NCBI GenBank assembly: GCA_028534125.1
Contig: CM052817.1
Location: forward strand, 100,194,001 to 100,258,000
Origin: Lama glama
Taxonomy: Eukaryota
DNA length: 64,000 nt
Reading direction: 5' to 3'
The notes under the pieces: generated by a model
What the model was told of the DNA's origin: nothing
Database searches by the model: none
The model's input: only the letters and a program-made list of their open reading frames with translations
Position numbers and translations under genes: made by a program
In this document: positions 49,380 to 61,812 of the stretch, piece after piece
Position numbering within the stretch: the first letter of the stretch is position 1
Layout of the letters: every line of letters begins with the position of its first letter

Positions 49380-50420
49380 GGTTCAGTTGCTCATGTCTCT
49401 GTGACAAGCATTATCTGACACAATTTACCAGAAATTGTTATCGTTGTCACTTGTCTTCTGGCTGCAGCACGGCGTTCAGGCTGGAGTGTTACCATGGTGC
49501 CTCTGATCTTTAGCAATTTTTCCTTTTGTTCTGTTTCATTGGTAAATATTTTCCTGCTTTGCCCTTAACCCAAAATAAAACAGCAGAGGACTGACCAGTT
49601 CCTAAGTGACCCTTGGCAGGTTCTCCACTGTTGGATGGTGAATAAGTTCATTAAGCTTCCTGATAATTAACTTTAATAATTAGCTTTGATATGGTCCAAC
49701 CGAATGGTTATTACCTTGGCTACGGACAGTTAACTCAGCCTGTCAATCAGAATGCGGACCCACGCTGCCAAGGAGCAACCTGATCCTGTCGGGCAAGAAA
49801 TAAAGAACCTCGCCAGATGCCTTTGTCTTTGGAAGAGCAGAGCTCCAGAAATGAAGAACAATTTGTGTCCAACCTCTTCACATCCAAACTCTAACCTTCT
49901 TAAAGTATCTCTGTTTTAAAGAGGCATTGGCAGGGTGAGTCATCTTATCTTAATTTAAATCTAAATTCAAAAGACAGATCTGTTTTTTTTTTTTAAGTTG
50001 ACAGATTTTTCTTTTTCTTTTAAAGGAATCTTTCCTCTTTTAGAAAGACTGACTCACAAGAAGCCATCAATGGTAAATCAGTGTCTGGTCTAGAATTGCC
50101 TTTCAAGTGAAATATTTTCTACCCCACACTCGCGTGGCTGGTTCGCACCTAAAGACTTTAACTGCCCTTACAGGGCACAGGCAGGACCGGCCCATTGGTA
50201 ATGAACGTGGACTTGAAAGCAGCACGTATCTCTCTCTGGTCACAATGCGTTGCTAATAACTTTTAGAACTGCTTGATATCAGGCTGCACATAGACTGGAG
50301 ATGCTACTTGTCAGTTAATTTGGCTTTTAATAATCCGAACATCCTGACTGCTCCGGGGTTTTTCCGCAGCCAAATTGTCTCGCCTATTAAATTTGTAATG
50401 TATTTAGGAAACTTCATTTT
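49380..50420. promoter_or_regulatory. Candidate enhancer (repeat-free, motif-dense)
   Basis: TAATTA x2, CTTTGAT, CTGTCAATCA, AP-1 TGA(G/C)TCA x2, TTGGC/GCCAA half-sites. Confidence 0.4.
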
Positions 50421-51749
50421 ACATGTTTAGAAAAATGGCCTTGAAGACTGAGGGGGGCTTTGGCAGGAGAGCCATGGGCCTCCTGGAGCCGGGGGCTGAC
50501 CCCGAGGCTGTCTGCCGGCAATGGGGTGATGGGGCCCGGGAGCCAGACCCCTTCCTCTGAGACTTGCTGCGTTTCTGTTCAAGGCTTCAGAAGATTAAAA
50601 AAAAAAAATCCAAAATGCTGATATTTTTAGTTCCCACTCACTCCTTGACTATGAATAGGAATATGATTGAAATTTCCACCAGTCTTCAAAGCAGACGTAC
50701 CTTTAAAGCAAATGCCAAGGGTTTGAAAACTCACTCTAGATGGAAGAATGTTCCCATAAACAGAGAAGGCCTTAAAAAAAGGACCAAAGGAAACAAAAGC
50801 CTTAGAGCTTTCGGCAGAGTCAGATGAAGGGCCTGCCCCCTACCTAGTGACCTTGCATGGGGACCACAGCGGTGGCTTTCAGCCTGACAGGGAGTACGTG
50901 TGCCCTGGCAGAGAGGGCCCGCCGCCCCGCAGCCCCAGGGCCTCAGCTCCCTCCAAGGTAATTGGAGCACTTGGAAAACCAGCGTAGTGCTCCGGGAGGG
51001 GACTACAGGGACGGGCGTGCTGGGTTGGATTCAGGTATTTTCTTGTCATCTTACAGCACCAGGAACTGGAGGAGGCAGAGACAGAGAAGGAGGAGGAAGG
51101 AGGGGGAAGGAGGGGGAAAACTCAGGTAAGAAAAAGCATAAACCAAAGCCACACCAATGGAGCCCAGAGTCCGGAGAGCCAGCTCAGAGCCCTTTTGGCT
51201 TTTATACGTCCATCATGTCCAGGACAGCCGAGTGTCACCTGCGGGCAGCCACGTCAGGACACGACTTGTACACGTTCACTACCTCAGCCCTTCTGAGAAA
51301 GTCACCCAGAAGTTCATTTCAGCTGCCTGGGAAGGCTGCTAGAAGCTTCTGGACAATGGCAGTTTTAATAAATTGGGGGTGGGTGGGACGAACCATAAAT
51401 ATCCAACAGAACCAATATCAGATACATCACTTTTCTTTTTCAGGTCACAGACAGGAGAAATGACCATATTATATATATTAATTTAAGAATGTGGAACTTA
51501 GGAAAAAGTTGCACACGTCATCTAGAACCTGTCATGAAATGTAGTAAATGTCCAGCGTGTCTCACCCTCTGGCATATCTTCAAGTCCTCTGTTCCCTTGT
51601 CCTCCCACCCCCAACAACAAAACCCCAAGCTTGGATCAGATCAGCTGTCAACACGACCTGTTCCTGTATCCGGTCGGCAGGAAGTGTCAACGCAATGCAG
51701 CGTAGGGCCAGCATAATCTGTAATTCACAGCCTCTCCCTTCAGCTGGGC

Positions 51750-52250
51750 TGTCATTGGCACTTTTCATTCCTTTTCCTAAGCTTTGGTTTCCAGTTGCTC
51801 CCAGTCTCCTGAATGATTTGCAGTCCCCACCTGGCTTCTCAATTCCCGGTCCTCCTCATCCTCCTCCATTCCCCATTTCAGCCTCTGCCCAGACAGCTAG
51901 GTCAGGACCCAGGGAGGCATCCTCAGCCTTACTGCCCTCATCTCTCTTTATCCACACCTCGTCGGCAAGCACTGCAAGGTGCCCTCTGGCTCCCTTCTCC
52001 CTGTCTCCAGAGATGCAGTGTGAATGCAGGTCCCTGTCACCTTTGGCTAGATTACTGCAAAAGTAATGGCTTCCTCCAAACCCCTGTCCCTTCCTCCTGT
52101 CTGGTCACTGTCTGGTCACTTCTGGAGCCTTGCCTCACAGCCTTCGTTCACCCTTTGATGAGTCACTGCCATAGCAATTCGCTTCCCAACAGCACATCAC
52201 CTCAGCCGCACTAAGGCTTCTCTTACTCAGTGTGGATGCCTGCTGGAGGG
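51750..52250 (+). mobile_element. L2 fragment
   Basis: Pyrimidine-rich L2 motifs (ctagattactgcaa, atgagtcactgcc). Confidence 0.5.
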
Positions 52251-52598
52251 CCCTGTGCTGATGCACATCCCATGGGATCTGGAAGTGTGAAGGATTTATT
52301 GCAACTCTTGACCAGGGAGGGGTGGGAACCCCAGAACGCACACTCTTCCTCACCCAGTGGCAATCACATCCTCATATGGATTTCTCCTCCTTCCCTATTT
52401 GTCCCTCCCTCTGCCCATTCTTATTCTTGGGATACCCTCCCAAAGTAAAGCACCTACAGTCAGCACCCATAAGGGAAATGTCCTCTGCTGGGTCAGAAGG
52501 TGAACGTGATGGGGTGGGAGGGTGCACCTGGGGGCAGAGTCTAGGTACTGTTAATGTTGAATGAACAAATGTAATGTCCTTAGGCACCTGGCTTTCTT

Positions 52599-52698
52599 GA
52601 GTCTGAATTTTTTTTTTTTCAATGGAGGTACTGGGGATTGAACCCAGGACCCCTTGCATGCTAAGTATGTGCTCTACCACTGAGCTGTACCCACCCCC
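52599..52698 (-). mobile_element. vic-1-type SINE, short form
   Basis: tRNA-like head directly followed by the tail. 17-bp TSD aggcacctgg(c/a)tttctt. Confidence 0.9.
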
Positions 52699-52981
52699 AG
52701 GCACCTGGATTTCTTCATACAGAAAAAAGTTCTCAGCTGCACACTTTATTCCATAATATACTCCCTGGCTCGCCCATATTTTAAGTGAGTTAATTCCCAC
52801 ATGACAAGAATGTTACACACCTCACAGAGCTGGTTACTTAGTTGGCGCGCACTGGAGTTTTTTTACGGCAATTTTGCAAGAGTAAAGATGAATTCAAGGA
52901 GAAGAACAACTTCACTGTCATGTGAATCAACCTCTGCACTATTGTGTGCACTAGCAAAGATAAGCATACTAAGATGAATTA

Positions 52982-53224
52982 GAAGTAGGGTTCCTTCTGG
53001 ACATATGCCCAGGAGCAGGATTCCTGGGTCATATGGTAAGTCTATTCCTAGTCTTTTGAGGAATCTCCATACTGTTTTCCACAGTGGCTGCACCAAACTG
53101 CATTCCCACCAGCAGTGTAGGAGGGTTCCCTTTTCTCCACAGCCTCTCCAGCATTTGTCATTTGTGGACTTTTGAGTGATGGCCATTTTGACTGGTGTGA
53201 GGTGGTACATTATCGTAGTTTTGA
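52982..53224 (-). mobile_element. L1 ORF2 C-terminal fragment truncated at both ends
   Basis: Open frame YHLTPVKMA...[19 protein letters not shown]...[14 protein letters not shown], the ORF2 Cys-rich C-terminal region. Confidence 0.9.
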
Positions 53225-53891
53225 AAGTGGCCTTGCTTTTCTATTGCCTCTTTCACTGTGGGGAGCAACTTCTAGGCTAATAAGAAGCAAATTATGCCTA
53301 CAGCATGGGTGCAGAACAGCAGGGGGATATACCAGGCTCCCCACATCTGGCCAAGTGAAGTTACTAGATTTCTCCCAGCAACATCAATCGATGACATTTC
53401 AAGCTGTGATTAACACCTCCACCCCATCCCAGCATCCCTCATCACCTCCAGAGATGAACTCAGCTCTCATCTCCAACCTTGCTTTCTGAATCACTGCTCA
53501 TTTTTCTCTCCTGGGATCTAACTAGAAGGCTTGACAAAAGATGAGGGTAATTTATAGATAACTGAGACCTCGCCACCTAGGCTTCAGTCTTCCATTTAGG
53601 TCCCAAGGGAGGCTGACTTTTCAGACTGGCTAGAAACAGTTTCCTTTCTTTCCTTCTGACATGTTTAGCCTTCTCTCTCTCATTCCCACACCACGTGGGG
53701 ACATGTTCTCTCTCTGACATATGCCCGTGTTTGGAACTTTATGGAGCCACGCCTTTGCAGGATGCTTGCCTGCAGCATATAGATTGAGGAAAAGCATTTT
53801 CTTTTTCGACTTGTTTTTCTGTCCTGGTTTGCATCTAGGTAAAGTCACATTGCATACCAAGCTGTGCCTTGGTACACATATACACTTTAAA

Positions 53892-54061
53892 ATTTTTTTT
53901 AAGATAATTATTCTTTTTTTTTTTACTCTGCATTTTTTTGGGTGGGGAGGTAATTAGGTTTATTTATTTACTTATTTTATTTTATTTTTTAATGGAGGTA
54001 CTGGGGGCTGAACCCAGGAATGCTAGGCATGCACTCTACCACTGAGCTATATCCTCCCTCC
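53892..54061 (-). mobile_element. vic-1-type SINE
   Basis: ggggaggtaattaggttt...ggaggtactgggggctgaacccagg...ctctaccactgagctat. Confidence 0.9.
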
Positions 54062-54102
54062 TTGTACTTTTTCAAAAATGAAAGTAGCTTTATATTCTGA
54101 GC

Positions 54103-54530
54103 TGTGTTTTAAAAATATGCTCAAAATTTTTTGATACTTCTCCCATCAATAGGTGGAAATTAGTTCCCCTCCCGTGGAATGTGGTCAGTCTGTATTATCT
54201 AGTGACTCACTTTTAACAAACAGAATGTTCTGGAAGTAATGCTGTGTGGCCCTCGAGACTAGAGCATAAAAGGCATGTGGCTTAGTCTTGCTCTCTCTCT
54301 TTTGGATCACTGGCTGGCACTGGGTTTGGGGGCAGGTAGGGACGCCTCCAGCCCCAGTCAAGCCTTCAGATGACTGCAGCCCAGGGGCACAGCTTGGCCA
54401 AAACTCATGAGAGACTAGTCCAGAACCCAGCGTTCTCCCACCTTCCTGCTCACAGAAGCTGTGTGAGATAATAAATGTTTGTTGTTTGAAGCTGCAAAGC
54501 TCTTTTAAAGGTTGCCATAAATAAACAATA
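54103..54530 (+). mobile_element. MLT1F-like LTR
   Basis: tttgatacttctcccatcaataggtgga...ccttcagatgactgcagccc...tgagataataaatgtttgttgttt. Confidence 0.8.
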
Positions 54531-54689
54531 CACTCTGCACTCAAGTTATTTCCTGTGGGGGCTAAGGTGCTAAGACAACATCTTTTTGTCATGTCAGAGT
54601 TGCTGTTAAAACAATGACCAAGGACAGGGGTTATTTAGGAGTTCTTAGTGTGAGAAACTTGGTCCAAGGACAGGTAATAGAACTCATTT

Positions 54690-55060
54690 GTTGTTTTGTT
54701 TATACTCTCTTTCCCCAAAGAATGTACAGCAATTCACAACAGAAATATGTGCAAGGAAGCCATAAGAACAAATAGGAAATCAGGACCAAACCAAGGGAAT
54801 GGTAATTACAAGCAGAAGGACCAACATAGTTGCAACAGTTGAGACTTAACTATGATCTGAGCTTCCTAGCAACCACGGTAAAAGGGGAAACTTAGTAAGT
54901 TCTGTAGCCGTTATTATTGGAAAAGAAACATTACATTTTTCTTTTTCTCAGCATCAAATTTGAAAACAAAGTTCTCTGAGGGACTTTAATATGGATGCTG
55001 ATCTAGGTAAAAGACATAACTCTCAGTCCTACTTTCAGAGAGATTGTGTTAGTAAAATTC
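54690..55060 (-). mobile_element. L4 (RTE-X)-like ancient LINE
   Basis: tctgagcttcctagcaaccacggtaaaaggggaaac motif. Confidence 0.55.
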
Positions 55061-56152
55061 CTTCAGCTCTTACTTGTGTTCATTCGTGAAGGAGGAAGGA
55101 AAGTGTTAGAGGTAAGCATGATGATGAATTATAGAAAATAAAGGGAATTTCTTTGACCTGAGTGCTGCTTGGCTTTTTGAAAGTGGCATGTAAATGTATG
55201 TGAAAATATTTTTGATCTGAGCTGAAGCCCTCACTTCTCTTTCTCTTTTTCTGTTGCTGTATATATAGCACAGAAGTACTTCTTGGGCAGCAATTGAAAA
55301 TAGCCCAGTTTATCTCCCTGTTTATATTCCGGGTCTTGGCTTTGGCCTGTAAATTCTTTCTGCTATCTTGGACTTTGCCTGAGAATGTGAAGACTTCCGT
55401 CCATCCCATCCCATTCCACCAACTCCTGACCTCCTGTTATCTTCACCAACCCCCCTGGACTTTGTTCACAGCCCCACAGCGAGGCTGCCCAGGTGACGTG
55501 ATGCACAGACTGTGGTAGCTGGGCTGTGGGAAAGGTTCAGGGGCCTGATTGACTGTGCACGGCAAGCTTTCCAAGGGCTGCTGGGTCGGGGCCCTGCTTC
55601 TGAGAGCATGGGTGGTCCCGCCCAGATGGTCCAGGCCACCACTGATAAGGAAGACACATGCCCATGGAGCTGCAGGGCCCGGGCTAGCATGAGGCACATG
55701 CAGCGTAAAACGGAAGGAAGCGTCTCTCTCAGGGTCGGGCAAGGGCACCTTTCCTGCCTCACCCTGGTCCTATGCAGCTGTGTCTGTGATGGCTGAAAAT
55801 ATGAGATGAATTGTGCAAAGACGCTGAGCACGATGTCTGGCTTGTAGTAGATTTCAATGTCAGTTTCCTCCTTCCCTTCTCCATCACCTCACCTCCCCTT
55901 CTTGTTTTCCTCCTTTTTCATCTCTCCTTCCTCCTGCAAGCTTCTGAGAAGCAGGGCTGGCGTGTGTTGGGTCCATTTCTTTAAATCTTTGCCCTGGCTG
56001 TTTTCTCTGCTGGAATCCTAGCCCTTCTCCTCTTTACTTTGTTAACTCCATCCTGTGCATCTAAGGCTCCAGCCTTTACTGACCTCTCTGCTTAGGTCAA
56101 CTTTCTTGTCAACTCTGTCCATTGCACTGTACAGCGCTCCCTTTTTATTCTT

Positions 56153-56906
56153 TATTTCTTTTTTTTTGAAAATTTCTTTTGATTTTTTTTTAAATTTATT
56201 TAATTTAAAAATTTTTTTCTTTTTTTTTTTGAAGTATAGTTGATTTACAATATTGTGTATCAGGTGCATAACAAAGTGATTCATTATACATATGTATATA
56301 TATCTATATTCTTTTTTGATTCTTTTCCATTATAGGTTATTACAAGATATTGAATGTAGTTCCCTGTGCTGTATAGTAAGTCCTTGTTGTTTATCTATTT
56401 TATTCATGGTAGTGTGCATCTGTTAATCCCATGCTCCTAATTTATTCTTCCCCCACCCTTTAGTAGCTATCAGTTTGTTTTCTATGTCTGTGGGTCTGTT
56501 TTTGTTTTTTAAATAAGTTCATTTGTACTATTTTTTAGATTCCACATGTAAATGATATCATATGATATTTGTTTCTCTCTGTCTGACTTACTTCATTTAG
56601 TATGATAATCTCTAGGTCCATCCGTGTTGCTGCAAATGGCATTATATCATTTTTATGGCCGAGTTATATTCCATTGTATAAATATACCACATCTTCTTTA
56701 TCCATTTATCTGTTGATGGACACTTAACTTGCTTCCATATCTTGGCTAATGTAAATAGTGCTGCTATGAACATTGAGGTACATGTATCTTTTTGAATTAC
56801 AGTTTTTCTCTGGATATATGCCCAGGAGTGGGATTGCTGGATCATATGGTAACTCCAAGTTTTAGTTTTTTAGGAACCTCCATACTGTTCTCCATAGTGG
56901 CTGCAC
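56153..56906 (-). mobile_element. 5'-truncated camelid-type L1 inside an L2
   Basis: Long mixed T-tail, antisense 3' UTR and ORF2 end. TSD-like ctttt(t/a)attctt. Confidence 0.9.
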
Positions 56907-57366
56907 TTCTTTTAATTCTTACCATATAGATTATTTTAATTTTATTACTATAATTATCTGATAAAAATAGATTTTACATTTATTTATATGATGACTTCCT
57001 TATGACTGTAACATAATCTGGTCATTTTTATATACCCAGGACAGTTCCTGGGACATAGCAGGCATGAATAATCACTGGTTGAGTGAATCAATGAATCAGT
57101 AAGTGAGAAAGTCTAGTTCTGTGAGTTGTGCTTGGTGTCTGCACTTGCATCACAGCTTCTGTGTGATGAGGATGAATATTTGTATCTGCTAGGGTGTGCT
57201 CAGCACTGAGGAGACCATGGGCATCTCAGGCTGCTGGAAGCCAAATGCCCAGAGGACTGGAGATGTCACCTCCTTGCGTTGCCCCCAGCAATGGCAGGGC
57301 CAGATTGGGCGGCCTCACAAACAAAACACAGAACTCCAGATGCTTCTCCAATACTCGCCACATACC

Positions 57367-57757
57367 TGTGTTCATTTGTGAGGGCTGCCGTAGTAAAGAA
57401 CCACGAACTGGTGGCTTAAAAAACAGGTATTTATTTTCTCACGGTTCTGAAGGCCGGCAGTCTGAGATCAGGATGTTGGCAGAGTTGATTCAAGAAGGCC
57501 TCTCTCCTTGGCTTAGGGATGGCTGCCCTCTCCCTGTGTCTTCCTGTGGGCTTCCCTCTGTAACTGCCTGTGCTCAAACTTACTCTTCTGATCAGGACAC
57601 CAGTCATATTGGATTAGGGCCCATCCTACTACCTCATTTACCTTAATTATCTCTTTGAAGACTCTTTCTCCAAACACAGTCACATTCTGAGGTCCTGAGG
57701 TTAGAACTCCATTGTTCAAAAACGTGCGACTTTGAGGGGACGCACCTCAGCCCATCA
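57367..57757 (-). mobile_element. MLT1A/B-like LTR
   Basis: agggctgccgta...ggtggcttaaa...ggacaccagtcatattggattagggccca...cagtcacattctgaggt. Confidence 0.85.
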
Positions 57758-58199
57758 GAGCATCCCTAAAGCTAAACTGCCCCTTAGTAGCTGAGTGACC
57801 CCAAGCGAGGTATTTTACCTCCCTGGGCCTTATTGCCTCATCTGGAGATGCTACAAGTACCAGCTCATGGACTGGTGCGAGGGTTGATGATTTAACACTG
57901 AATAATCAGTACATGTCAGCTCTGAGCCCTGAGAAAATAATCGTGGGCGATTTGAGTATGCGAATTGGTCTTTGCCCTCAAGATGCTTATAGGCTCCTTT
58001 GACTAAAGATGAAGCTAATAAATAGAAGCATGAGGCATTTTCCTTAGCAGGTGCTTTCTGTAACATGACTGAGGATGGGACAGTTAAGGGGGTGTAGTAA
58101 CTGTGACAACCACACGTGGGTCTCGGGCTGGGCTCCTCCAGCCCCTCAGAGCTGCAGGGCTTCCTGATGCCTCTGGACTCCATGGCTTCCCCAGCAGGT

Positions 58200-58520
58200 G
58201 CAGGCTGAGCGGGGCTCAGTCCTCCTCCCGCAGGGCACCCAGCACTCCGTCTCTGACGTCACCACGTGGCTCTCCACGGAGGGATGGACGGCCCCTCCCC
58301 CAGCATCAGAGCCACTTTGTGGGCCACCCCCAGCTCTGCACTCCCTGTGCCTGTAGGACACCATATATCTTACTTATATGTCTGATTTCTCTATTAGAAT
58401 GTAAGCTCCCGGAGGGCAGGAATTTTTGTCAGCCTTGTTTGTGGCTCTACATCCACCTCCCAGCACTTACTGGGCATTCACTAAACATTCAGTGAATGAA
58501 AGAATGAATGAATGAATGAA
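58200..58520 (+). mobile_element. L2 3' end with (GAAT)n tail
   Basis: tagaatgtaagctcccggagggcagg...gaatgaatgaatgaa. Confidence 0.75.
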
Positions 58521-61254
58521 CCATGGCACTGTGAGCTCTCGACACCCAGGAACAGACTCGGGGGCAGGGATGTGATTTTTCCTGCCTATTGACCGACCAG
58601 CTCTCACTGATTGCAACAGCCAGACGTTAAAGGAACACCAAATACATTTTCAATCTGGTTCCGTCAGTCAGTAAGTTACTGGACCTCCTGCCAGGATGGT
58701 GGCAATAGGTGGTTCCTCCCGGCTGCAAGGGTAGTAGTTGTAATTACTAACGTGTATGCTGTTCAGACTGCTTATAATTATAATCAGCTCATCTCAAAAC
58801 TCCTACAAGGTAGGTATTATTATTATTATCCCCAGAATTAAAGTGTGAAGAGGTTAAATAACCACTCCCCAAACTACACAGCGAGGAAGCAGCAGATCGA
58901 GAAACTGAATTCAGATCCATCTGACTACTAAGTCCTTGCTTTTACTGTGAGCTTGAGTCTCTTTTTGTTTTTTTGTGGATATTTTAAGCTGTGTCAGGGA
59001 CTGCTCACCAGATGGCTTTTTAATCTCTCTCCTGTTGCTTCATTATTAATCTCTTAATTTTTTCATGGAGAGAAGAGCTGGTACAGATAGGAAGCATCTG
59101 CATGGGAGAGGCTTCTAGAAGAGATGCTGACATTTCACGTGGGCCTTGAGGGGTGGGCTAGGTCTGGGTAGAGGAAGGAGACACAGAAGCACTTGGTAGC
59201 TGGGGGAACGACATTGGGATCCATCGGGCTGGCAGCTGCCTGTAACGGGATTCAATCGGACGCATTCTGTGTTATCAGCAGCAAGTAGCAGTGAACACGA
59301 TTCAGTCCAATATTTAGCTGCCAGTTGCTTCCTGCTTTTGTTTGCTCAGAAAAGGATAAAGAATGCCTTGCCATCTTCTATCTTCTGAAAACCCACACTG
59401 CACTGGATTTTTTGGTGCTCTTTTTGGAAAAATGGTTGATGCTTCAGGCAGAGTTCTACACGCAGCAAAGTCCCACAACCTGGAAGCTGTCACAGGGCAC
59501 GCTCGCTCCTTAGGATGCACTAAGCTGGGTTGGAGAGCTGCCCTGTGCCCTTTGACTAGGCTGTGAGTAGGAGGTCCCTAGAGTTGGTGTGGCTTCTGTG
59601 GAAGCTGAGCTCCGGGAACCTCACTGGTCTTTGCATCTCCATAGGATGGCGTGGAAGGTGCCTTCAGATGGGTAAACTAGATGGAGGCTGGAACTCTGCA
59701 AAGCTCATTTATTCTGCCAAGTATAAAGCATTCTGAACTTGCTCCACCCCTCCTATTTTCCATCTGTCTCATTATTCATCCCAGTAATATTTGGGCACTT
59801 TGAAAAGAGTGATATTTTAACATGAAGCTATTCCAAGAAGGGAAAATATCCTCATTTGGCATAAACCAGTCATGCAAATTAGCCTAAATAAAAATCAGAC
59901 GAAAGGCAACTTAGAATATTATTGTACTTTCCCAGACTCCTGCCAGTCACTGCTGTCAGCTGTAGCATCGCTCCATCCAGTCGACAGTGGAGAGAAGTAG
60001 GGCTCAGGTTCTGGAGAGGCTGGACCTACTCAAAAAAGAATGGACATTAAGGATGCTGCCCGCAGGCTGTGTTCAAACCAAGCCCTTGAAGGCTGCACCA
60101 GGCGCCATGATGGGGCTTCCTCGAAGTGCATTCGCATGAGGTTCCCTTTGGCTCATCACAGACCAGCCCTTCGAGGACTCTGGCATTTGCTCTGTTTGTT
60201 TTGTTCCTGGGAGACTAAGTTCCGGGTGTGTGCCTGTGTATATTAAGGGCCATTGTTATGCAAGCCTACATGAAAAACCGAAAGCACAGCAGCCTTCAGA
60301 ATAGGGTTAACAGATCACTATTCTCATGCTGCTGAAGGTAATGGAGAAGTTTCTCTCCTTTCTCTCCATGTGCATCTTTCTTTTCTCTCCTTCTCTTCTC
60401 CCGCTCTGTCTCCTTCTTGCCCTCCCTCCTTCCTTCTCTTCTGCATGTGCCTTATGTTTGTTCGAGACTGAGGTGGGGGGGGCCATCCTACCTTGAAGCA
60501 ATATACAAGTCTAGAATGGAGCGCAGATGCCACGACCACCCAAGAAAATGGACGATCGTTTTTCTTGTTAATTTCCTCAAGTCATGGTTGAAATGGCATC
60601 ACTGGACACATTCTCAAAATCCTCCCCTAAGCCTGCTGTGTTTGTGAGCCATTCTGAAAGAAGACTCTCAGCTGGCTATATTTACTCCAAGGTTCTATTT
60701 CAATCAGACATTAAGACGACTGGGACCACACCCTTATCAGACTTGTCACAAAGGAGTCAGACATGTCACCAGAGTCATTTCACAGCTCTAATTTCAAAGA
60801 TTGTGAGGATGGGGTTGGTAATACACCCACCTGCAGCTTTGCTTTGTTGGAGGGAATTCACAACGCTGCATGAAATCAGCACTGCTGACTTTTGAACTTC
60901 CTTTTTTTTTTAATCCTTTGTTTTACCGTTAAGACTGTGATCTTACAATCTGTTTTGTTCTGAGAAATATTTCACAGAGGAAATACAAGGGATACATGGG
61001 TAAGTGCTGAGGTGTTCAATCTGTAAAGTTAGTTTTCCACTTAGGTTAGGGAGGAGACTCACACGATTTCTGAAGTGTCAAATAGACCTCCCTTCCTCGA
61101 GATATTTTTGTTGATGAGCTAAGCTTCCAATCTCTCATTTCTTTACCTGAGTGTTTTCCAGTCTCCCTCACTACTGATATTCCTCACATCCTTCTCAAAG
61201 AGCCTCATTTTCTCCTTACCTTTCCTCTTACCTCAAATTCTGAATCTTTCCTGC

Positions 61255-61812
61255 AGTTGAGATTTCAAATCTCAGCCATATGGCTGAGTTGTATCAAAAT
61301 CCTCCAAATTTTGCATGCTTTTTGATCCAGTAATTCCACCAGAGTCACTTCTTCCTCTTGGTTCGTGCAGATATTTAAGCATAAAGGTGACCATTGGAGC
61401 ATCAGCAATGCAAGGAAAATTGGAAACAAGAAGACATTTGTTGAATAAATTATGAACATTGATGAAGTGGAATATTATGCAATCAGTTCCAATGACGTTA
61501 AAGAATTGATGACATGGAAAAATATCCCTAATGTATTATTTAGCAGAGATAAAAAGAGAGTTATAAATAGTATTGTCTCATTTTATTAAAAACACAGTCA
61601 ATGTCTTTTCCCCCAAAGACTGTTAGCATAGACATTAGATATAAACCTTGGTTTTCTCTGAATGAGAGGATTAGAGATGGTTTTTATCTTTTAGGTTTTT
61701 TTGGCTTATCTATTTTGTATTTTTACACTTTTGGCTTATATTTATCTCCATATGTATATTATCTTTATGTATATATTATACAGCATAATTTAAATTTTAT
61801 TTTAAAAATAAA
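61255..61812 (+). mobile_element. Old L1M (MC/ME-like) 3' region
   Basis: catgcttttttgatccagtaattccac...ttgaataaattatg...gtggaatattatgca. Confidence 0.65.

Noticed and set aside
50900..51463. 187-aa ORF
   Set aside because: GTG start, low-complexity purine tract, no recognisable domain.
55115..55225. C/D-box snoRNA-like arrangement (ATGATGA...CTGA...CTGA)
   Set aside because: Terminal stem only 3-4 bp, no clear C' box and no recognisable rRNA or snRNA guide. An Rfam or snoscan search would settle it.
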